A DNA stretch of 64,000 nucleotides from the NCBI RefSeq assembly GCF_910592395.1, contig NC_088308.1, positions 1,116,001-1,180,000 of the forward strand, read 5' to 3'. Below are positions 58,801-64,000 of the stretch, piece by piece. Within the stretch, counting starts at the first letter, position 1. Every line of letters starts with the position of its first letter. Origin of the DNA: Lineus longissimus (taxonomy: Eukaryota). Below the pieces are notes generated by a model. The model saw only the letters and a list, made by a program, of their open reading frames with translations, ran no database searches and was not told the origin of the DNA. A program made the position numbers and the translations under genes.

Positions 58801-61800
58801 CTGGACAATACAAAACTATCAAACTGAATAATCCACCACTGAGCTGAGTGGAAAACGTAAAATCTCACACCACGGCGATAACTTTGTCGGTTTTTCGCAC
58901 TTCTTGTTGGCAATTTAACCGGCGCCAGTCCATGAACTAGCAGGTTGGGGAGAAATGAGCCATAGGATTTTGGCGGTGTTTGAAATGTCTTACAATATGA
59001 TTGAAACATTTATTTCATTATAAGTTTTGATCGATCTGTCAACACGGTTGATTATAACAGCAAAAGAAAAGTCGCTGCCTTTGTATTTTAATCAGTTTTG
59101 ATTGGACTTACTCACTTCGGTTGGTCCTTGCAGGTAATATGTTGATAAATATCGAAACCACCGTCAATGGGCGCTTTGCAAAAGCGTACGTTTGAAAGTA
59201 TTGGCAAGTCATGTAAGTTGCCTGCCCAAAAGACCTGTGCATCAATGTGCATATGCTTAAATTGATTAGGGAGGAGATTTTGATTTATATGATACATGTA
59301 ATAATGAGGATGAAGATGCGAAGGTAATGCTGCTGCTGATGATGGCGATGAAAATTCCCGTACATCCTTTGCAAAAAATGATGATACCATTACACTGCAT
59401 GCTGCTCAAGTGCTTAAATAATACAGGTGCTTAATCACAAGTAGCACATCCGTGGGATTAGCCGATTTGTGGCTGCTTACAGTTTGAATTACAGTCTTAT
59501 GAAGGAGAAGTCCTCAACTAGAGTCGCGGAAATGTTGACAGTATATCTTAAAATGTCGATCTGTTGCTTGAAACTTAATATGCACAGCCTGTCCTTACAT
59601 ATTGTAGCTCCTGAAGGTCTATTTGCACAAAAGCTTCGGGAAGATGAGTTCCGCCATGAGTCGAGCGTGTGTTACTCTGAGGTAAATACATCGAGGTCGG
59701 GACTTTATTCGGTCCTCAGAGGCAGTTAAGCGATGGTCATGTTCTAACAGCATGGGAAGTATCAGATGTACGAAGATACACCCATCCTCGAAAATCCTGA
59801 GTCAGTCGTATCCTCCTCCCCTCGTACACTTTACTGAGCTCTGTCGGTCGATCGTGTCAAGAGTTGGCATGAGCTTCAGGATGAGATACACCATGACTTT
59901 TTAATACTTTTCAGAGGAACAGTGTAGAAAACAGCCCGATTCATGCCCACACTAAGATACATGAGCAGATGAGTAAAGAAACTTGCACGCTGAAGTTAAA
60001 GTATAATTCGATATATCCTGCACAAGTTGAAAAAACGCTCGCTATAACGACGTGGTTAGGTTGGCGGTGATTGAACGCCTTCAGCGCCAGCACTTGCCAT
60101 AATGCCCCAACCAAACACCATCCAAAAGACAAAACCCCGTTTTAAGTGGGACGTTCTTTTAAATCTCAAGAGTGTCCACATTTTATCTTCTTTCATTGAA
60201 GAGAAAAGCCCACTCTCAAGGACATTTCTGGGCGCCCCAGTTCTTATGGCGTCGCTTAATAATTGTGCCACGAGTATAATTCTACTGACAGCAGATTACA
60301 CGTCACAAAGGTGATTTATCGGATTCAAGAAAAACCCTCCCTGTTTTATGAAAAATAGCATTAGTTTTAGCCGCAAACTAACTGCTCCTCAGTTGTGACT
60401 CAGTAATTCTTGTAAAAAGGCACAGTGGGGTGGAGTCCGGCCCAAGTTTATCGGCTCACTCATCAGTTGCCCTCCACCGGAACACTCAGTCTTGTTTGGT
60501 GACCGATCCCGTAGGAAATCAGTGGATGTTGTCTTCAGAGAATGGTGTTTACTGTAATAAAGACCACATAATAAAGACACAACTTTTGGGAGGATCTGTG
60601 GTCTAATATTCAGAATCTGTCCGAAACAGAGCAATTTCTCACTCAGTTTACTCGCCGCCGCGGCAACACTATACTCACTTGGCTCCACTCCAGCGGGCAT
60701 TTGATAATTTAAATTTTGTTGGTGGGAACGAAAGCACCGCCTAAAGACATCAATCCCAGCGCAGCAGCAGGTAACTCTTTTACCTCGGGAGCCAATTGTA
60801 TTTCTGCTGGCGACCAAGCAGGAAAAGGTGCGGTGGACAACTCTGGTTTTAGCTAACCTACCAAGCCGTGGCGATATCATTGGAACAACCAATCGATAAG
60901 GTGCATGCACCGCCTCCAATTTTTCGGAAGGAGCTGGTTCCGAGGTGTCGGACCCGAACGACTTTGACACTTGTATCAATAGAGCTGTCCCCATTGCACG
61001 GAAAAGATCTATCTGTCAGGAATGTCAAACTGTGCAAACATGGCCGCTTGATTTGTCATCTCGTGTTGTCCCGCCGGGGACCAGCGACAACACGCTTCAC
61101 CAAGATCAACAGCAACAGTCTTTCGCAATGGAGTGCCAATTCACACACTCATTTTGAAATTTCACTTTTTCCAGAGCTATTCCTTGTCTGAAAGTGAAAG
61201 CTCTTTGAGTATGTAATTGGGAGTATAGATTGCTCGTAATAAGTAAGAAAGTGTCACTCTTCACAGTAAGGAGCCAGGAGAAAGTGCACATCCATAAAAC
61301 TATAGGAACATTCCCGGAACGGTCGGAAGTAAACTGACCCACCACTGGTTTTACAATTTTGTTTGTGGTGTGTGAACTTCGCGGAAAATATCTCTGCGGG
61401 ACGACTTCATTGCAAAATTGTCACCTCAGATAGTATTCATAAATCAATATGCCGAAAAGACCTCTCGCCGTAGGTGAGATTATAGCCAGAAATCGAAGGC
61501 ATAGGCAGTTCCGTTTATACTGACGAGGAAGACGAATTTCGTTGCTGCATCAGTAAAAATAGCCAATGTGACCTTGTCGTCACGTAACACGACACAATTT
61601 GCCGATAAATATCAATAAACGAAACGATTAAGGAGCATAGGTTTCTCTCAGTCATAAACAACAATCAATGGAAATGTTGACACTCAGCGTCACATAGATG
61701 TCTCACCTCGTGTCGAGTCAGCGCCTAACAAGAATTACAGGTAATCTTCACATGATAATTAATGAAATTAGCACGAGAAAGGCGACTTTATTCACCATTA

Positions 61801-64000
61801 TCTTCAAATTAGGCAATTTCTCTCGCATAATGTTTCCTGAATGCACCTGTGTGGCGCCTCGGAGGTTGAGAGACATAAATCTCTGATAAATTACAACGGG
61901 GAAAGTGTCTATAGAGCGACCATGCCACAGTGAAATACGATGAAGCCTGCATCACATTCACTTCACCAAACAACCATGTGCATTTCACTGATAAGTCTTG
62001 GCGAAATGTATGGTAATTTAGTTAAATTGAGTTGAAATGTACTTCAGGGAGCCGATTAGTATTTCCACGCACTTTTCTACAAGTTTAGCTATGTACGTTT
62101 ATGGCAAAAGTGGCGCCAACGACAGACCCTTCTCAATGAAATGTCCCTGTATCACGAAGGCAGGTAATTGATAAATAATTTGGTTGATGGTACATGTGCA
62201 GCTCGTGGATACGTTGTACGTTTTACTCTGTTCCAAACAGAATAGGAAGATCAAGGATGGGGCTGACGAGGGCCAGCATGTCTCACGTACATAATGCCTT
62301 CTTTAGCCCACCGCTCTACCGGCCGCAAGAAGAAAATTACTGGTCCTGCAGTCTCCGAGGCCCCAAACCGAAAGTGGAACCATCAAACCTCTCGCTGGTC
62401 GACCTTAGCACACTGAGCAGCGTAGCAATATCAAAGTCGGCACAAAGGCATCCCTTGGGTAAGAAAGTGAGAAGCCAACATGGCATCCTGCTCTATCAAA
62501 TGATACTCTGACTGTCCTTGGGGGAGATAGATTTCAATAATGTGGAGTTGTCAACAGTTGATATAGATTTCATACAGGGGTCAAGACATGAAACATAGAT
62601 ATACGTCGGTATTCAACACTTTATATGTTGTCCCAACAAGATTCAGTCTTCTCTTCTCGCGATAGTGAGAAAAGAACTTGCCCTGACATTGAACGAACGC
62701 TGTTTGAATCAAATTATCATGCGACACTTACCATTTAGTATAAACCAATCCTGGGCATGCTGAATTCCCGGCGTTGGTCATCAGTCTAAGTGCGACCAAC
62801 GCACGAAGGCCTACTCTACATGATCACGAGCAGCATCATGATGACTTTTGGTGACCAACTGATGAATAAACTCACATTCAAGTTTCTGTGCCTGTCTAGA
62901 AACTCATGGTTTGAATAAGAAGGACTAACGAAACGTATACAAGACAAGGGAATTCCCGACCTTGACCAATTGCTTTTGACCTCAAGGTAACTGAGAAAGC
63001 AACCACACGGGAATGTTACAGTATATCACTATCAGTATCGTGGAGAGAGCTTGGTCAGAGTTCCACAGAAAACCAGGACTTCATAATCAATCAGTTGGCA
63101 TTGTTGCGACGACCAAGGAGATGATGTGATAATGGTATCAGATTGTGATATACCTCTAAGAAATGATCATATGGAGTGGAACGCTTTGCGTTCGATACTG
63201 TACACACTATTATAATGTGGTAGTGCAACATTGGGAGAAACGGATGGAATGATATGCTCTTGATTGTTCCAAAAACGTGAATAGAAACATGCAGTCCCAT
63301 ATGCATATTTCTCCATTTTCCCAATGAAAATGAATTAATGATTTCATTAAGCGTAAATAATGTTATCCATGTTGCATTTTAATCAAGCATTACATACTTC
63401 ATTTGGCACCGTATAAAACATAATCAACTTGACTACCAACAAGCGTCTATTTAAAATGCCTGATGTAGTCGTTATTGCAAACTGCCTCTTTTAATTCACC
63501 TGCAATGAAAAGCACCACTTTGTGAACCTCAGCCTCAAGACTACAGTCATACTTATTGCTTTTAGGATGCTGACGAACTGGACCAATCCCTCTGGTCACT
63601 CTCAGTGCCCAAGTAATGATTTTCTTTCGCATTCGCCTCCAGCACGTTCTTCTGCCCGCTGACGACAAGAGGCCACTTCAAGCATGTTGACGCACTAGTT
63701 ACTGAGATACAGTTTTCTTAATCATTCAAAGAAAGGAAAACCCACACTTTTTCTAAGTTAAAGAGGCCTAGCAATATTGACAAAAACAAGAAACCTGATG
63801 ACAAAGCTTAATTAAATTCCGATCGATTAAGTACAAATTCCGCGGAAATCTCAAAATGATGAAGTGGCGTTTTGGATTATTGGATAAAGAATGTTATGGT
63901 TGTGTTTTGCGGTCAGCCATTGTGTCTTCATGAGTAATATTACCTTCGGGTATTTCGTTTATTCAGATTTTGACTGTTCCTTATAAATGTAAGCCACTTG

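Noticed and set aside
60389..60994. 201-aa minus-strand ORF
   Set aside because: No domain or convincing splice signals; probably chance, although expression cannot be excluded.

Overview
Animal (bilaterian invertebrate-type) genomic DNA with spliceosomal introns; the species cannot be determined from sequence alone. Left to right: (1) the 5' ~5.4 kb of a DIRS1-type tyrosine-recombinase retrotransposon on the minus strand (gag with one apparent frameshift, RT-RNaseH-methyltransferase, and a tyrosine-recombinase frame overlapping the RT ORF and running off the window edge), inserted ~165 bp past the stop codon of (2) a complete 20-coding-exon UTP6 gene (minus strand, 44759->5547, 1794 nt CDS, 597 aa, assembled by hand with all introns GT-AG). 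Its intron 13 is 31.8 kb long and contains (3) a nested opposite-strand 332-aa single-pass membrane protein ORF resembling a transmembrane signalling adaptor; (4) a young 5'-truncated CR1-type LINE beside a 68-bp minisatellite; (5) a canonical noggin gene (minus strand, 240 aa) split by a 166-bp coding intron, in a CpG-rich domain carrying about 17 GGCGCC (Smad1/5-type) hexamers, including a textbook GGCGCC-N5-GTCT element. MITEs, a duplicated 5S-derived repeat and poly-G tracts are also present. Motif counts were done by eye and no database searches were run.
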